64,000 nucleotides of DNA, from assembly GCF_009914755.1 (NCBI RefSeq), contig NC_060931.1, one strand, 5' to 3'. Position 1 is the first letter of the stretch. Each line of letters opens with the position of its first letter. The notes beneath the pieces were generated by a model. The model had not been told where the DNA came from, did not search any database, and worked only from the letters and a program-made list of their open reading frames with translations. Positions 13,731 through 29,396 of this stretch are shown piece after piece. The position numbers and the translations under genes were made by a program. The stretch is from the human T2T-CHM13v2.0 reference genome, Homo sapiens.

Positions 13731-14449
13731 AACCATCTCTATGCTCAGGTAGTATGATCATGATTGCCTCTTTAGGCAATTCCGAAGAATGAATAAAAAT
13801 GCTCCTGAAACTAGTAAGTGTGTTCAGCAAGGTCAGACAGTACAAGGTTAATATACAAAATCAATTGTATTTCTATAATACTAGCAATTAAAACTTGGAA
13901 ATGAAATTACATGTTTCAGTTTTAAACATGAAGCAATAAGAAAATATAAAAACTTAGATATAAATATAACAAAATCTTGCAAAATTTATGTGCTGAAACC
14001 TACAAAACACTGATTAAAGAAATCAAAGAAGACCTAAATAAATTGAGATACATACCATTTTCAAAGTTTGGACAACTTGATATTGTTAAAATGTTAACTT
14101 TCTCCAAGCTAAACTACAGAGTCAATGGAATTACAAACAAAATTCCAGCAGGATTTTTTGGGTAAAACTTAATAATCTGATTCTAATTTTATATGGAAAG
14201 TAAGAAGAACTAGACTAACCAAAACCATTTTGGAAAATAAGAATAAAGAATAAGTTGAAAGACTTCTAGTAATCATGACAGTGTGATATCAGCAAAATTA
14301 CAGACACATAGCTCAATGCATGAGAATAAACAGTTGAGAAATAGATTCACATCTGAATGGGCAAAATATTTTTTAAAGGTACATAAGCAATTCAATGAAA
14401 TAAAGATTTTTTTTTCAACAAATGGTCTTGGAAAAAACTGAAAAGTCAT

Positions 14450-14760
<311 letters not shown>

Positions 14761-15166
14761 TAGTCATATGTTTTTTAAAAAGGAAAAATAAATTTCTATT
14801 TATACCTTGAGCAATATGTGGACATTAATTCAAAATTATTCATAATTCTAAATGTAAAACCTAAAACTACAAAACCTCTAGAACTACAAAACTACAAAAC
14901 CACTAGAAGGAAACAGCAAAAACAAATTTAACTTGGGTTAGGCAAAGACTGCTTAGATAGGACACAAAAATCATGAGTCATAAAAGAACAAACTGATAAA
15001 CTAGACTTTATCAAGATCTAAAACTTCTGCTCTTCAAAAGACACAGTTAAATAAATTAAAAGATAATGCACAGGCTGGGAGAAACTATTTGTAAAATACC
15101 TATTAACAATCTTGTGTCCTAAGAATATATAAATAATTCTTAAAACACAACAGTAAAAAACAACCT

Positions 15167-15504
<338 letters not shown>

Positions 15505-16369
15505 AAAACAACCTAATTTTTTACATGAACAAAAAAATTAAATGTGCATTTCACTTAAAAGGACATATATTAATCATTAGGCAAGTACAAGTTAAAATTA
15601 TAGTAATATACACCTATTAAAATATCAAAATTAAAAAACAAACAAAACACCTGCCAATACTGACAAGTATTGGCAAGTACTGACAAGGATGAATTGTAAC
15701 AGGAACTCTCATACATTGCTAGTCAGAATGCAAAATGTTACAGCCCCTTTGGAAAAAAGTTTGGTAGTTTCTTATGCAGTTTAACATATACTTACCATGT
15801 GACACAGCAATTCTTCTACCACGTAAATAACCAACTGAAGTTAACTTAGGTTCACATAAAAACTTGTTCATAAATGTTTACAGAGGTTTTATTAATCATC
15901 ACCCAAAATGGGAAGCAACTCAAATACCCTTCGACTGATAAATGGATAAACTGTGGTGCACCAATACAGTGGAATTCTACTTATAATAAAATTAAAGAAA
16001 TACTGATATAAACAACAACATGGGTGAATCTCAAATGCTTCATTCTAAGTAATAAAAAAAAAGGCCCTAAAGGTGAAATACTCTATGATTCCATTTATAT
16101 AATATCTACAATAGGCAAACTGGCAGGTATGGAAAACATCACTATTTGCCAGGGGCTGGGGATGGGGATGGGGAGGTGGTGACGACTGAGCATGAAGGAC
16201 TTTTAGAGGTTAATGAAAATGTTCTGTATCTTGATACTGGTGGGGGCTACATGAAAGTGCATTTGTCAGAACACATGGAAATGTACACTAAAATAGTTTT
16301 ACTTACTATAACTCAAAGTTTAAAATGTACTGTAAAAAGAAAACATTTGTCCCTATTTTTTTAAATAAA

Positions 16370-19300
16370 AAATAGAAGAAATGTACCATGTAAACATTAA
16401 TTTTTAAAAAACTGATAGACTATATTACTATCAAAAGTAGGCTTCAGAAAAGATAATACTATCAGGTATAAATATCAGGAGATATTTTATAATGACAAAT
16501 GGATCAATTTATTAAGAAGACATATTCACACTAAATGTGTATGCACTTAACAGTGAAGTGTCAGAAGATGTGGAGCAAAATCTAATAGAACTTAAATAAC
16601 AAACAACAAGTAAACAAATAGACAAGAAAATTCTCAAATCAATTGTCTAAATTCTAGCTGTAAGAAACTAGAAAAATAAGACAAACATAAGCAGAAGGAA
16701 GAAAACATAAGAAGAGAGCAGTAATCAATGAAAAGGAAATAAAACAATAGAGAAAATTAAAAACAGAAAATCCTGGATTCTCTGAAATAATCAATGAAAT
16801 TGATAAATCTCTAGCCACACTGATTTAAAAAAACCCCAGCAGAAAACATAAAAAATCATCACCATCAGAAACAGTAGGGAGGACATCCCTGCAGATGTTA
16901 TAGATGTAAAAGATTAATAAGGAAAAACTATAAATCTCTGGAAGCTAATAAATTTGATAATTTAAGTGGATGAATTTCTTGAAAGACACAAATTACTAAA
17001 GCTCACTTAAGAAGAAATGTAAAATTTTGATATCTCATTATCTTAGATAAAATTAAATTCACAGTAAAATATTTAAAAAAGAAAACTCTAGTCCCTGCTG
17101 ACCTGACATTTAAAAAAAAATCACTTTTACACGAACCTTTCCTGAAAAGAAAAGAGAAAGGAACGCTTAACTATCTATTTTATAAGATTAGCATTATCCT
17201 AATACCAAAAGCAGATAAAAACATTTTAAGAAAACTACAAAAGCCAATATCCCTCATGAACATAGGCAAAAAGTCCTCAACAAAATCTTAGCAAATTGAA
17301 TACAGCCGTATGTAAAAAGGAGAAGTCAGCATGACTGAGTGGAGTTTTTCCCAGGTATGCAAGTTTGTTTTAGCCTTCAAATATCAATGAATATAATTCA
17401 TCATATTAAGAGCCTAAAAATTGCAAGACAAAAACATGCAAATAATCCAAGATACGCAGAAAACATTTCTGACAAAATTCAACATCAATGAAATATAGCT
17501 GACTAGAAATAGAAGGAAATTTCCAAAATACCTACGGTTAACATTCTTTGAATAGTAAAAGATTGATTGCCTTCCTCTAAGATCAGGAGCAAGGCAAGGA
17601 TATCTGCTCTCACCACTTCTATTTAACATTGTAATTGGGGTCCTAGCCAGTGCAATAAGTGAAAAAAAGAAATAACATCCTTGGAGATTGAAAAGAAATT
17701 GATTAAACTCCCTTTTTTTCACAGACAAAAGAATTGTCTACATAATATGTCTTAAAGAATCTATTTTGAGTTACTGGACTTTAAAAGTGAGTTTAGCAAT
17801 GTCTTAGGATACAAGATCAAAATGCAAAAACAATTGTATTTCTACATACTATCAATAAATGCTGGAAATGAAAATTACATTAATAATACAGCTTACAATA
17901 GTATCATAAAATATGAAATACTCAAGGGTGGATTGAACAAAGTATTACAATATCTGTATACCAAAATAGCAGATATTACCAAGATAATTTAAAGACCTAA
18001 GTAAATGAAGAGAGATACCATGTCAATACATTGGAAGACTTATTGTCACAAGGTCAATTGTCCTCAAATTGATCTAAAGATTCAACAAAACCTCAATCAG
18101 AATTCCAACAGAGTTTATTGTACATATTTATAAGCTGATTATAAAATTGCATGCTAATTCAAAAGATGTAGAATAGCCAAAACAATTTTGATAAAGTACA
18201 AATTTGGAAGACTTACATTATTTAAAAAGGTATAATAAAACTGCACTAATAAAAACCATGGGACATTAGTGTAAGGATAGAGATATAGACCAATGGAACT
18301 ACAGACCAGCTATAAACAAACATAATTTATTTTTGACAAAGAAGCTAAGGTAGTTTAATGGAGAAAGGATAGACTTTTCAGTACATGTTACTGGAACAAT
18401 CGGACAAGAAACTGGACATCTACATGGAGAAAGAGCACAGTGACCCTCACCCTCAGACCATATACAAAGATAACTAGCTGGCCAGGCATGGTGGCTTACG
18501 CCTGTAATCCTAGCATTGTGGGAGGCTGAGGCGGTTGGATCAATTGATGTCAGGAGTTCGAGACCAGACTGGCCAACATGGTGAAACCCTGTCTCTACTA
18601 AAAGTATAAAAATTGGCCGGGCACAGTGGTGCACACCTGTAATCCCAGCTACTCAGGAGGCTGAGACAGGAGAATCACTTGAACTGGGGAGGCGAAGTTT
18701 GCAGTGAGCCGAGATCACACCATTGTACTCCAGCCTGAGTGACAGAGAGGGACTTTGTCTCAAAAAACAAAAACAAAAACAAAAACAAAAACCAACCAAC
18801 CAAACAAAAAAAACACAAAGATAACTAACTGACAATGCATCACAGACATAAACAGAAAATGTAAAAAATTTTACAGGAAAAAATTTTAAAATTTCAGGAA
18901 GAAAATGTAGGAGAAAATCTTTATGACCTTGGGTTAAGCAAACATGAACCAGATATGAGATCAAAAACATGGATAACAGAAATAATTGATAAAATTGGGA
19001 TTTTTCAAAATTCAAACTCCTATTCTGAAAACCCTGTTTAAAAACCCTAAAAAGTCAAAGTTCAGGTTGGAAGGAAAGTGTATTTCATAAAGGACTTGTA
19101 TCCACACTATATCAATGACACCCAAAAGCCAATAATAAGATGTACAACCCAATTTTAAAATAATAGGCCAAAAATATGAACAGACACATGACCAATAGAA
19201 GACACAACATTGACAATAAAGAATAAAGCACTTGAGAAAATTTCAACATCCTTAGTCGTTTGGAAAATGCAGGTGAAAAACAATGTGATGCTATTACATA

Positions 19301-19960
19301 ACTGCCAGGATGGCTACACAAAAAAGTGTTAAACCAAGTGTTGAAGAGGATGTGGGGAAATGGAAACTCTCATTGCTGGTGGGATACAGAATGTTACAGC
19401 CACTTTGAAAATCAGTGTAGCATGCTCTTATAAAGTTAAATGTACAGCTACTGTTTAACACAGCAGTTCTACTCTAGGTGTATGCAAAGCCTTGTACACA
19501 AATGTTCATAGCAACTTTTTTAAATAATAGTCAAACCTGGAAACAGGTAACTGCCTTTCAGTTGGGAAATGAATGAACAGATCATGGTATATTTACACAA
19601 TGGCAAATGACACAACAATAAAAAGGAATGGACTACTGATACACATGACACTATGAATGATGTTGAAAACTGCTGTGTGTTATGAAGAAGAAAAAGGCAA
19701 CACAATGACTGCATACTGTATGATTTCATTTTATGTGAAGCTCTAGAAAACCCAAAATATAGTGGCAGAAAGCAGATGGGTGGTTGCCTGTGGCTGGTGG
19801 TAAGAAAGGGGAAATTTTGGAGGGTGATGGAAATGTTCTCTATCTTGATAATGCTAGTGTTTATATGACTGCATACATTTTTCAAAAGTAACTGAACTAC
19901 ACACTTAAAATAAGAAGATGTTATTGCATGCAAGTTATACAACAATATAGCTGATTACAA
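16370..19960 (+). mobile_element. Second old L1M element (ORF2 to 3'UTR), fragmented
   Basis: Degenerate EN and RT sequence (GCAAGGCAAGGATATCTGCTCTCACCACTTCTATTTAACATTG at about 17590) and an L1M-type 3'UTR ending near 19960. Confidence 0.75.
18480..18814 (+). mobile_element. AluS with tail converted to (CAAAAA)n/(CCAA)n
   Basis: Dimeric Alu; TSD ACAAAGATAACTA(G/A)CT at 18464-18479 / 18815-18830. Confidence 0.94.
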
Positions 19961-20669
19961 AAGGAAGAATATATAATAAAATGAAAATAAACTGATAAAA
20001 TAGTTCTAACAAGTTGGTACATAATCTTTCCATTGTTTTCAATAGGTACTGAATATATTGCCTTATAAGCTTTTTCACGTAATGACACACAGTGAACATC
20101 TTTCTATGTCAATAAAGTCTTCCTATACTGTCATTATAAAAGACCGCATAATAGTTCAATATGTTTGTAAAAATCATTTACCAAACTATTGTTGAATATT
20201 CAAGTAATTTTCTGTTTTTTAATGTTACAAGTTATGTTTTAGTTTCAAATATTCTAACATTAGCACAATAACTTTTGGCTAGAATTGGCTTATCATTCCA
20301 CAAGCTTGATAAAAACTACAAAAAATTTTTCAGAGGACCGGTAAAAGTCCTGTTTTGATCATGACCTGACTCGTAGATTTCAAAGTGATTCAAATGAGAT
20401 TACAGAGAACTATGCCTGCCAATAGAAGAGATATTTTTGGGGGCAGCTAAATTTTTACCTACTTCTGTGGCCAACCGAGTAGAAGTGGTATCTTCAAGCT
20501 ATGATTATGAATGCAAACCCGACAGAGGTTTATACACAAACATTGCACCAAGAATCATTCTTTTGGTTTTGATATAGTACTATGGTACACAGGACCTCTC
20601 TGTACTATCTTTGCAACTTCCTGTGAATCTATACCAATACAGAAAGTAAAAAATAGGCAAAGAATAAGA

Positions 20670-21580
20670 AATATAAAAATTGCCAACAGGTATATGAAAA
20701 AATTGCTAATCATTAGAGAGATGCAAATTAAAACTACAATAAGAAGTACATCATACCTGTTAGAATGGCTATTATCAAAAAGACAAAAGATAAGTCTTGG
20801 TGAGGATGTGGAGAAAAGGGAACCCTTGAATGTTATAGGTGGAAATTAGTATAGCCATTATGAAAAACTGTATAAAGTTTCCTTAGAAAAACAAAAATAG
20901 AAATACCATATGATCCAGCAATCCCATATCTGGCCATATATTCAAAGGGATTGAAATCAATATCTTGAAGAGATGGCTGCACTGTCATGTTCATTGCAGC
21001 ACTATTCACAATAGCCAAGATAAAGAATTAGCCTGTGTCCATCAACAGACGAATGGATAGAGAAAAGGTGGTATATATGCATAATGGAATACTATCTAGC
21101 CTTAAAAAAGAAAGAAAGTCCATCACATGCAACAATATGGATAAGCCTGCAGGACATATGCTAAGTCAAATAGCCAGTCACAGAAAGACAAATATTTCAT
21201 AATCTCACTTATATGCGGAGTCCAAAACAGTCAAACTCAGAAGCAGAGAACAGAGTGATGTTTACCTGGGGCTGGGGTGGGAGTTGAGGAGATGTTGGTC
21301 AAAGGGGTCAAGTTTCAATTAGAGAAGAGGGATCAGTTTTTGAGATCTACTGCACAGTATGGTGACCCTAGTTAATAATAATGTATTGTATATTTCAAAA
21401 TTCCTAATAGGGTAAATTTCAAATGTTCTCACCACAAGAATAAGTATATGAGGTGATAGATATGTTAATCAGCTTGATGTAGTCATTCCACATTGGGTAC
21501 ATATATCATAACATCCATTGTACTCCATAAATATACACAATTATAGTTTGTCATTAAAATTAAATAACAAATTTAAAAAG
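20670..21580 (+). mobile_element. L1MA-type 3' fragment
   Basis: ORF2 C-terminal remnant ([13 protein letters not shown]) followed by L1MA 3'UTR (GAGATCTACTGCACAGTATGGTGAC...TGAGGTGATAGATATGTTAATCAGCTTGAT) and an A-rich end. Confidence 0.85.
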
Positions 21581-21859
21581 TAATCAATAATTCAAAAATG
21601 TATAAAAGAAAAATAGATAAACAATTATTAAGAAAAAATCTAAGCATTCTATGTTCAGTTCAGATCTCTGGAAACTCTACTCAAGAGTTCTTACTTTCAC
21701 TGAAATTTGTTACATATTAAATGAGTTCTGTTCAAGTGAAAGCACTTATTGATCATTTTGTTTCAAGACGTTCAACTTATTCAAATGGCGATGTTCAGAT
21801 ATGTGCCTGTGTTTGTTTTCAGATTGGGACTCAATAGCCTGTTGCATGGAACAGCTTGT

Positions 21860-21950
21860 CTCCTCTCATCTGATTCTCACGATAATCCCAAGAGGCAAGT
21901 AACATGCTTATTACCAGGTTGCAGATGGGGAAATTATTCACTTAAGAAAA
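21860..21950 (-). mobile_element. MIR fragment
   Basis: TCTCATCTGATTCTCACGATAATCCC...TTGCAGATGGGGAAA resembles the MIR core. Confidence 0.55.
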
Positions 21951-24469
21951 AAATTCTACACCATTCTAATTTCTATACAAATCTGGGATGTATTCAGGCC
22001 ATTTTCAGTCAAATTCCATTCAAAGCACATATTATCTTTTAGGGAATGAATTCAGACAATTTCAGTTCTTGTGGCTCAAAGAAAGGGTTTATTTTGGCTT
22101 TGTGTGATCCTGACATCTCTGCAGTGGTGTTTACTACATGCTACATTACACATACTTAAACCAACACTGCAATTAGCTGGATGCTGCTCTTTCTTCCCAA
22201 GACAAAGGTCAATTTTGAACTTGCCGTAAAGCAGAAAGTTAGGTGGCTTCAGATCATTCTGTTCAGCAAATTCCAGGAAGCATGGACTTTCCAGCTGCCA
22301 GACAGAGATAAATTGGAAAGTTGCACATAATCCTATAATTCAGTTGACTTCTCAGAGACAGAAATGGAAAAATTTGAATAGCCAGCCCCAAGATTCTGAG
22401 GCTCTGGCTGCCGGATCCCAAATCCTCGGCTGCTCTTTGCTCCTGGCACATGAGAGAAAGTAGTGACCACGCAAACGACGCTCCCACAAGACATCAACAT
22501 TGTCTGTGGGAACTGGAGGCAAGACCCCATTTTCCCCAAGAGATTCAATATCTACTCACGTCATATGTTTTCTTTATAAGATAAATCATAGCTCACGATC
22601 ACACTAGAGGGTATCTTTATCTTGTATATTTATGGATTGTTTACATGGCAAATCTGGAGAAGCCTAGGGTAGGTGGCTTAATGCATTTGCTACATCCACT
22701 TTTTTAGAAAAACAGAGACAGCTAATGTTCACAACAGAGAAGAGCTACACACAAAAACATTTTAATTCTTCAGTTTACAAGTGTTCTCATTGAGGTCTTT
22801 TCCTTTGATAAGGGGAATTAGCATTTACATGTTAGCTGAGCCTCACTTCTGGTATAAAAACAAGATTTTGGTAATTCAAATTATGTTTTTATTTATCAAA
22901 GACAGAGTTTTACTTAAACAAATGAAAACATAGCAGTCAAATATGACAGATTTTCTAGCTTTATATTACCACTGTAAACATTAATTATTTTCAATGCAAG
23001 TTGTGTTTGGCAAACACAAGGGAAAAGTATTCCAACAAAGCTATGGAATAATTAAACCTGCATGTGGACTCTCTTGTGAACTCAACTTCAATTGCAGCTT
23101 CACATACAATAAGCCAACACAACATTCCCTCTCATAGGTTTGAAGTTTATGGTTCAAAGACACCAAATGCAGCTAGACTGAAAATGAAACAGAATCTGCT
23201 CTGGAAAAAATAATATTCTCCTGGGATAATCATTAACGCTGCAGAGAAAGCCAGGTCAGATGAAATATTCCCATTCTAGGCAGTCTATGGTAAGTTAGAT
23301 GGAAACCAGACAGCCTGATTTGTGGCTAAGAACCTGTTTTCATTCTGCAGAAGACTTGGAGCATCCTTACCTAGAAGCTATAAAACATTTTAGCCTGTCG
23401 AAATATCATTAACAAAATTCCCAGTACTCCAAGGCATCTTTTGGCATTTAAGGGTTCATGATTGGCTACAAGAAACATTGGCGATGACTGTTGCCTGCTT
23501 TTAAAATTCTTGTAAGGGTTAGTAGTGGTGGAGCTACAAATAAAGCTTTTCCAAGTGAATAGACTTGAACTTCACTGACTACATTTAATTTATTTCCACT
23601 CCATGTACTCATGGTTAGAACATGGAATCTTCAAGGAGTATTTGTGCTTCATCTTTCCATGCCATCCCAGCTGTAATGGTGATAATTCACGTAGGTGCAG
23701 CACAGTGAATAACGGCATGGTAAGGCACAACACATAAGCTGTGTTTAGATTTCAGTGATGAAGGGATCAGTGTGTAATGCATAATACACACATTTTATCT
23801 ACACAAATATACATCTGTATTACTAGCATATTTCATGACTTCTACTTTCTTTTCAAAATTAAATAGTAAAAATAAAAGTGAACTGAAGTATTACAAGGTT
23901 CAGATAGTGTGTCATTCATATTGCCAAATGAGTTAGGCTCCACCCAGCTACATCTTCTCTCCCCTTCACGGTGGCCTTGGGACAGCTTCTTGGCCTTAGC
24001 TCCATCTCTTCCTGGACACTCATGATTTGCCATCCATTTTTCTCTCTTCCAAATCTATGTCCTATTTGTTTTGTTTACTCTTTACTACTTTTCTGAACTT
24101 CCACTCTCAAAATAGAGAAACACAGTTCAATCTGAGAACTCATCAGGATTCATGTGAGAATTTTATTTCCTAGAAAGTAGGTCTTCCATTGTAACACCTG
24201 GTCTCTTTAGGAAATCAGATCATTTTTTTCTCAATATTTTAAGCTACGAAATACAGCAAAATATTTTAAAAATATGGTTGGTCTTTCTTTGTAATGAACA
24301 CGAAGACCTGCACATTTGAAACCCCATGTTTTTCCTGTTCCACACCATGACCGTGAGTGGTAGCACCAGGTTCTCCTCAATTCATTCTCAAAAGGCTACT
24401 GTGTCCCACTCTATTGACCTGGCTCTTGTCAACATCATCACTGGCCTCCACTTTGCCACCAGTTACTTC

Positions 24470-25130
24470 TCTGTCCTTAGCTGTTATTCAAACTCTCAGC
24501 AGGGTTCAAAACAGTTGGTCGCACTGTCCTTTTATATTTTCTCCCACTTCAAATACTTTCTTCTCAACTTCTCAATTCCAGAATCCTTTGGGTTTCCTGC
24601 AGCCTACCTGGCTCTGCCTGCTCTGCTTCCTTTGCTAGACCCTGCTCCTCTACCAGAACTTAAACAATAGCACGCACCAGGGGCGTGCCACTGGCTCTCT
24701 GTCCACCCTATCCACACTGTCTCTTCAGGTGTTTTCACACAGTGGTGATTACCTCTGTGCCAGTCTTAGCCAAGTCTATGTCTCTGTTGAGTCTTAGACT
24801 CCTGTACCTGATGGCCTATCTGGCTTGCCCCTTGGGTGTCTAGCAGATACCTCAGATGTTGCCTGTTCTAAGGAGAACTCTCAGCTCCTCCACAGCTGGC
24901 TCCTCTTCCTGCCCTACCCTGGTATTCTTGGCACCACTGTCCACCAAACTGCTTAAGTCAAAACATGGGCATTATCCTTGATTTGGCTTCCACCCTGCCC
25001 TAGGTTTAATCTGTCAGCAAATTCTAGAGCCTCTGAGCAGACCCTGTCCATCTACTTTCCTCAGTTCCAACCCTGCTAGCCTGGACCACAGGCTGGTAGA
25101 CAGGATACTTATTTCCTGCCTTCTGCAATG
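24470..25130 (+). mobile_element. L2 LINE fragment (RT/3' region)
   Basis: Degenerate match to L2 ORF2 (GGTTTCCTGCAGCCTACCT...CTTCCTTTGCT...CCAGGGG...; GCTTAAGTCAAAACATGGGCATTATCCTTGATT). Confidence 0.65.
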
Positions 25131-25999
25131 CCAAGTGACCTTGTGACAGGACAACACAGACATCTCAGCAACTTCATTTTTTTGTCTGTTATGCAATTCA
25201 AGTAACATCCTCAGTCAGCATCTGCTGTCCACCTGTCTCTCCACACCATGAGTGACTTGCCATCATCCTGACCCCCAGGGCTCCAGACACACACATCCCC
25301 AGGTTTCCTTCTTGCTCTTTATGGCTGTGTTGCTGTTGCCCACCCTGCTCCTAGCAGTTTGTAACAACTGGCTGCTGCCATTCCGGAATCCTGCAGTCCC
25401 AACTGATACCAGGACCCCCGTTCTGTGGCTGCATTTCCCACTGCTAGCCTCAGCTTCCAGGGGTCAGCACCCCACACTTCTCAGTTACACCAGTGTCCGC
25501 TCCTCAGGAAACTCCTCAATGGCCTTATCGGGGGCACGTTCTCCAGGGTCTCCCAGCAGAGTGTATCGGCATCACATGAGAAACCCACTCTCTGAGCCTC
25601 CTGACCCTCCCTCAACATCTGGCCCAGGCAGTTCCACTGCCCCTGTTCATTTGCTGTGGATACACTGTGTCCTGGGGGCCATCCCAGCAACCCACAAGGA
25701 TCAGTTCTCGCCAGGTTGCTTAATCCTAAGTCTGCCACTGTTTTTTCAAGGCTTCCAAAGCATTTAAAAGCCAACTAAGTCCACAATCATTAAAATTATT
25801 TTAATGATTCATTGCCCTTAAATCATCCAACTATCAGGGCTATCACACAGCCCAATGGTTCACATGTTACAACTCCTTCCATTCGAATTCTCCACAGATA
25901 AGGTCTCAGTCATTCTGATGCCAGTGCATGACACTTACTAGCAATGTGGGCCTCATTGCCATCAGATCTGGCTTCAGACCACATCCTAAGGGCCTAATT

Positions 26000-26450
26000 A
26001 TCTCAGTCTGGACTCCCCTCAAAATCAGAACCCAAGGCAAAGACTTGTGTCCACGCAGTTTCCTGGAAAGTTATTCCAGAGAGCAGGAATGAAAGACCAG
26101 AGGAAGTGAAACGGAAAAGAGGAAAACTGACACAGGAAGGCATTAACTGTTGGTCACCACGACCTTCTGGGAGCGTACAAAATACTTCTAAGAATTATCT
26201 GCAAACAAGCTGACGATTAGAAGCAGTCTCTGTCAACCCACTCCCAGCAGTTGAGAAGTGTGTCATGCAGCATAGACACCCTGCCATTTCTGTCTGTGCT
26301 CTCAGGCATGCAGGGCAGGCTTCAGAGGAGCCTAAGGAAGGAAGTGTGGGCCAAGTGTGAGGTAAGGCACTGTCAGCACAGACTCAACCCAAGGGCCCAG
26401 GAGACAGTCCACTGCCTCTGTAAGGTGACACTGAGGGCATGAGTTCTGCA
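26000..26450 (-). mobile_element. LTR16-like ERVL LTR
   Basis: TCTCAGTCTGGACTCCCCTCAAAATCAGAACCCAAGGCAAAGACTTGTG...GGAAGTGAAACGGAAAAG resembles reversed LTR16. Confidence 0.55.
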
Positions 26451-26609
26451 CAAGAAATTTGACATGAACAAAGCCCACATACCAAATGTGGAAAGGACAC
26501 TGATACCCCCACTTCAGAGAATTGCTTGAATTCTCTGGCCCTCTCTCAGCTTTTTCATCTGTATTTTGGGAAGACTGGGCTATACTCATGGCTGCCAACC
26601 TATTTGCAA

Positions 26610-26760
26610 ACAGAATTACTTTGGGAATTCCTAAAGTCATGTATACCTGTGCCTCTGAAATTCTGATTCAGAAAGTCCTGATTACAGCCTAAGAAGCCAG
26701 ATTTTGTAAGCCTCCCCAGGTGATCCCGACGTAGTCAGTTATTGGACATAATTCTAGGGT
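26610..26760. mobile_element. MER5A-like hAT-Charlie relic
   Basis: AATTCTGATTCAG...AAGCCTCCCCAGGTGATCCCGA motif typical of MER5. Confidence 0.55.
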
Positions 26761-29066
26761 CCCTTTTTAGTTTGGAATTTGGTGAATTATTTAGCCCACT
26801 GGATAAATAACATGTGAATTTAAAGAGAAATATAACATGCCATTCCTTAACTAACAGACCTTATAGTGAGCTTGTTTAGATAAGATTCATGCTTAAGAAA
26901 CACTAAGTTTATAGCATAAGACAATATCGAACCAGATATTGCAATTCACACAACTCTCATGTGTAGACTTTTTCCCAGCAGTAATCAAATCGTTCTTCTC
27001 ATTATTCTTTGTTACTCAATTTAATAAACACTTTAAACACTTTTAAACACATTTAATCTATTAGATATGTATTGTTAGATATTGATCTGTTATTTTGAGG
27101 CATAAAAAGGTGAATAAGACATTTTCTTCATCCTGAAGGAGTGTATGACATACGTACAAGGAAAAAATTGAGGAAAATGAGATGAAGGTCTGCAGGTATT
27201 GAGAGGTGGAAGCAAATCAATAATGCAAGATTTTGGGTCCAGTTTATTAAGTTCTCCAGCTATGTTCAACAGCCTCGGATAGAATGGAGGAAAGCAGATC
27301 TTGGGAAGGTGAACGTGGAAGACAGACAAGACAGTGAAGTGTTCTCAGCGTCCCCAGGGACATCATGAGACTGAATTGAAGAACAGGTGAAGATGGGGCA
27401 GGGGTAGGGTAGTTAGTCATGATGTGGGGAGGTGAGCAGAGGTTCCAGATCCTCTGGAAGGTGTATTTCAACAAGGCTGTGGGTGGGTATGAGCAAGTTT
27501 GTAAGGGTGAATGCACAGCAGTTTCAAACCATGACAGGGCCCGAAGAATGCTGCAGGCTGCAGATGATGCAGCTCCTGTGGGGTGGAAGCAATCCTATGC
27601 ATGTGGACCCCTCGGGTCCGACTGGAAAAGGAGTAAACGATTGTTCGACCAAAGCCTAAGCTTCAGGAGGAAGAGCCTTGCCTTCCTCATCCTACCTTAT
27701 TATCATTAAAATGAGCTGCTGGTTAAGAATTTGAAAGCCAAGAATATTCTCTGATACTTGTCAGAACTTAGTGGTTTCTAAATTTGTAGCAGCGTAAGCA
27801 CCAAATGCACCTCATTCATTTGCTTGACTAAACTGAAATTCTCAGCAAACCAGGCTTCCCACCTCTCACTCCTGACAACCCTCGGGGTACTGCCACTGCA
27901 GTAACTTGGGCTGGAAAACCTTCAGAAAACTGTCTGTCTTCACTCCACCCCTGCACAGCCCTCTCTTCCTCCAAAGATCTGTGGTTTGGGACAGGCTAGT
28001 ACAGAATTTGGTTCTGGGCAGGTACACTTGGCTTCCATTTCAAAGCACCCAAGTCAACCTGGCAACCTGAAGGAACTAGAAAAGCTTCTGCTAATCAGTT
28101 GTTGGTCAGCAGCCCTGATTCTTGTGGACGGCAGGGACGATAGGCTCTCCTGGGAAGCAGCGGTCTTTGGAACTGTGGGGACCACAAAAGCTCTCCCTGT
28201 GCCGGCACCACGGCCCTCCCACTTCATCACTGCCGTCTAACTGCCCTCAAACTGTCACTCCTTTTCCTGAATCATTAGTTTTCTTGGAAAAAAATAATCA
28301 GACCCATAAGGAGGAGGAGAGTATGAAGGAAAAAATAAAACCAAAATGAGCAAAATTCTTCCAGTCAATGGGGGTGGGGAAATAAGACTCAGCAGCAGCC
28401 CCTCAAAAATAACATGATTATCTTTTATTCCTTTTTACTTTTGGAGTTCTGTTGTAAATACTTACATTACATATAAAAGCAGTTTAAAAAAATTTCCATA
28501 GTGCCACAACTACTTACTGGGGATAATGTGGGTATAATCTTGCCTGCAGGCAAGAGAGAGATTATTACACCTATTTTCAAGCTTTCTGTGACTCTCAAAA
28601 ATAGATGTTGAGATAGGTTTTTGAATGCTTCTGGAAATGTTAAAATCATTATGTGATTATTCAAAATATAGTTTGCCATGTGATCAAAAGCTAATAAACT
28701 CTTCTATGTTTATTTTGTTTTAAGGCATAATCGGCACAAATGCATTGTTCCAGTGGCTTAACATTGTATGTAAACGGTATAAACAGAAATTGTGGAAATG
28801 TGTGTTTTCACTTGATTCAAACAGAGAAAGAGTTCCAAATACGAAAATGAACTAAATAAAAAATGAGATTGGATTGCTGCCTGAAATTTGTAAATTTAAA
28901 AAACTAACTCTCTAAAGTAAATTACTTAGGGACCTTCATATTTACCAAATCTTCTGCATAATAAACTTAGAATTAAACTTAGCCCTCCTACATGCAAATT
29001 TAATACAAAGAAAAGCATCAATAAGAGGAATAAACCATGCAAAATATCTCAGATGAATAAGACTCA

Positions 29067-29396
<330 letters not shown>

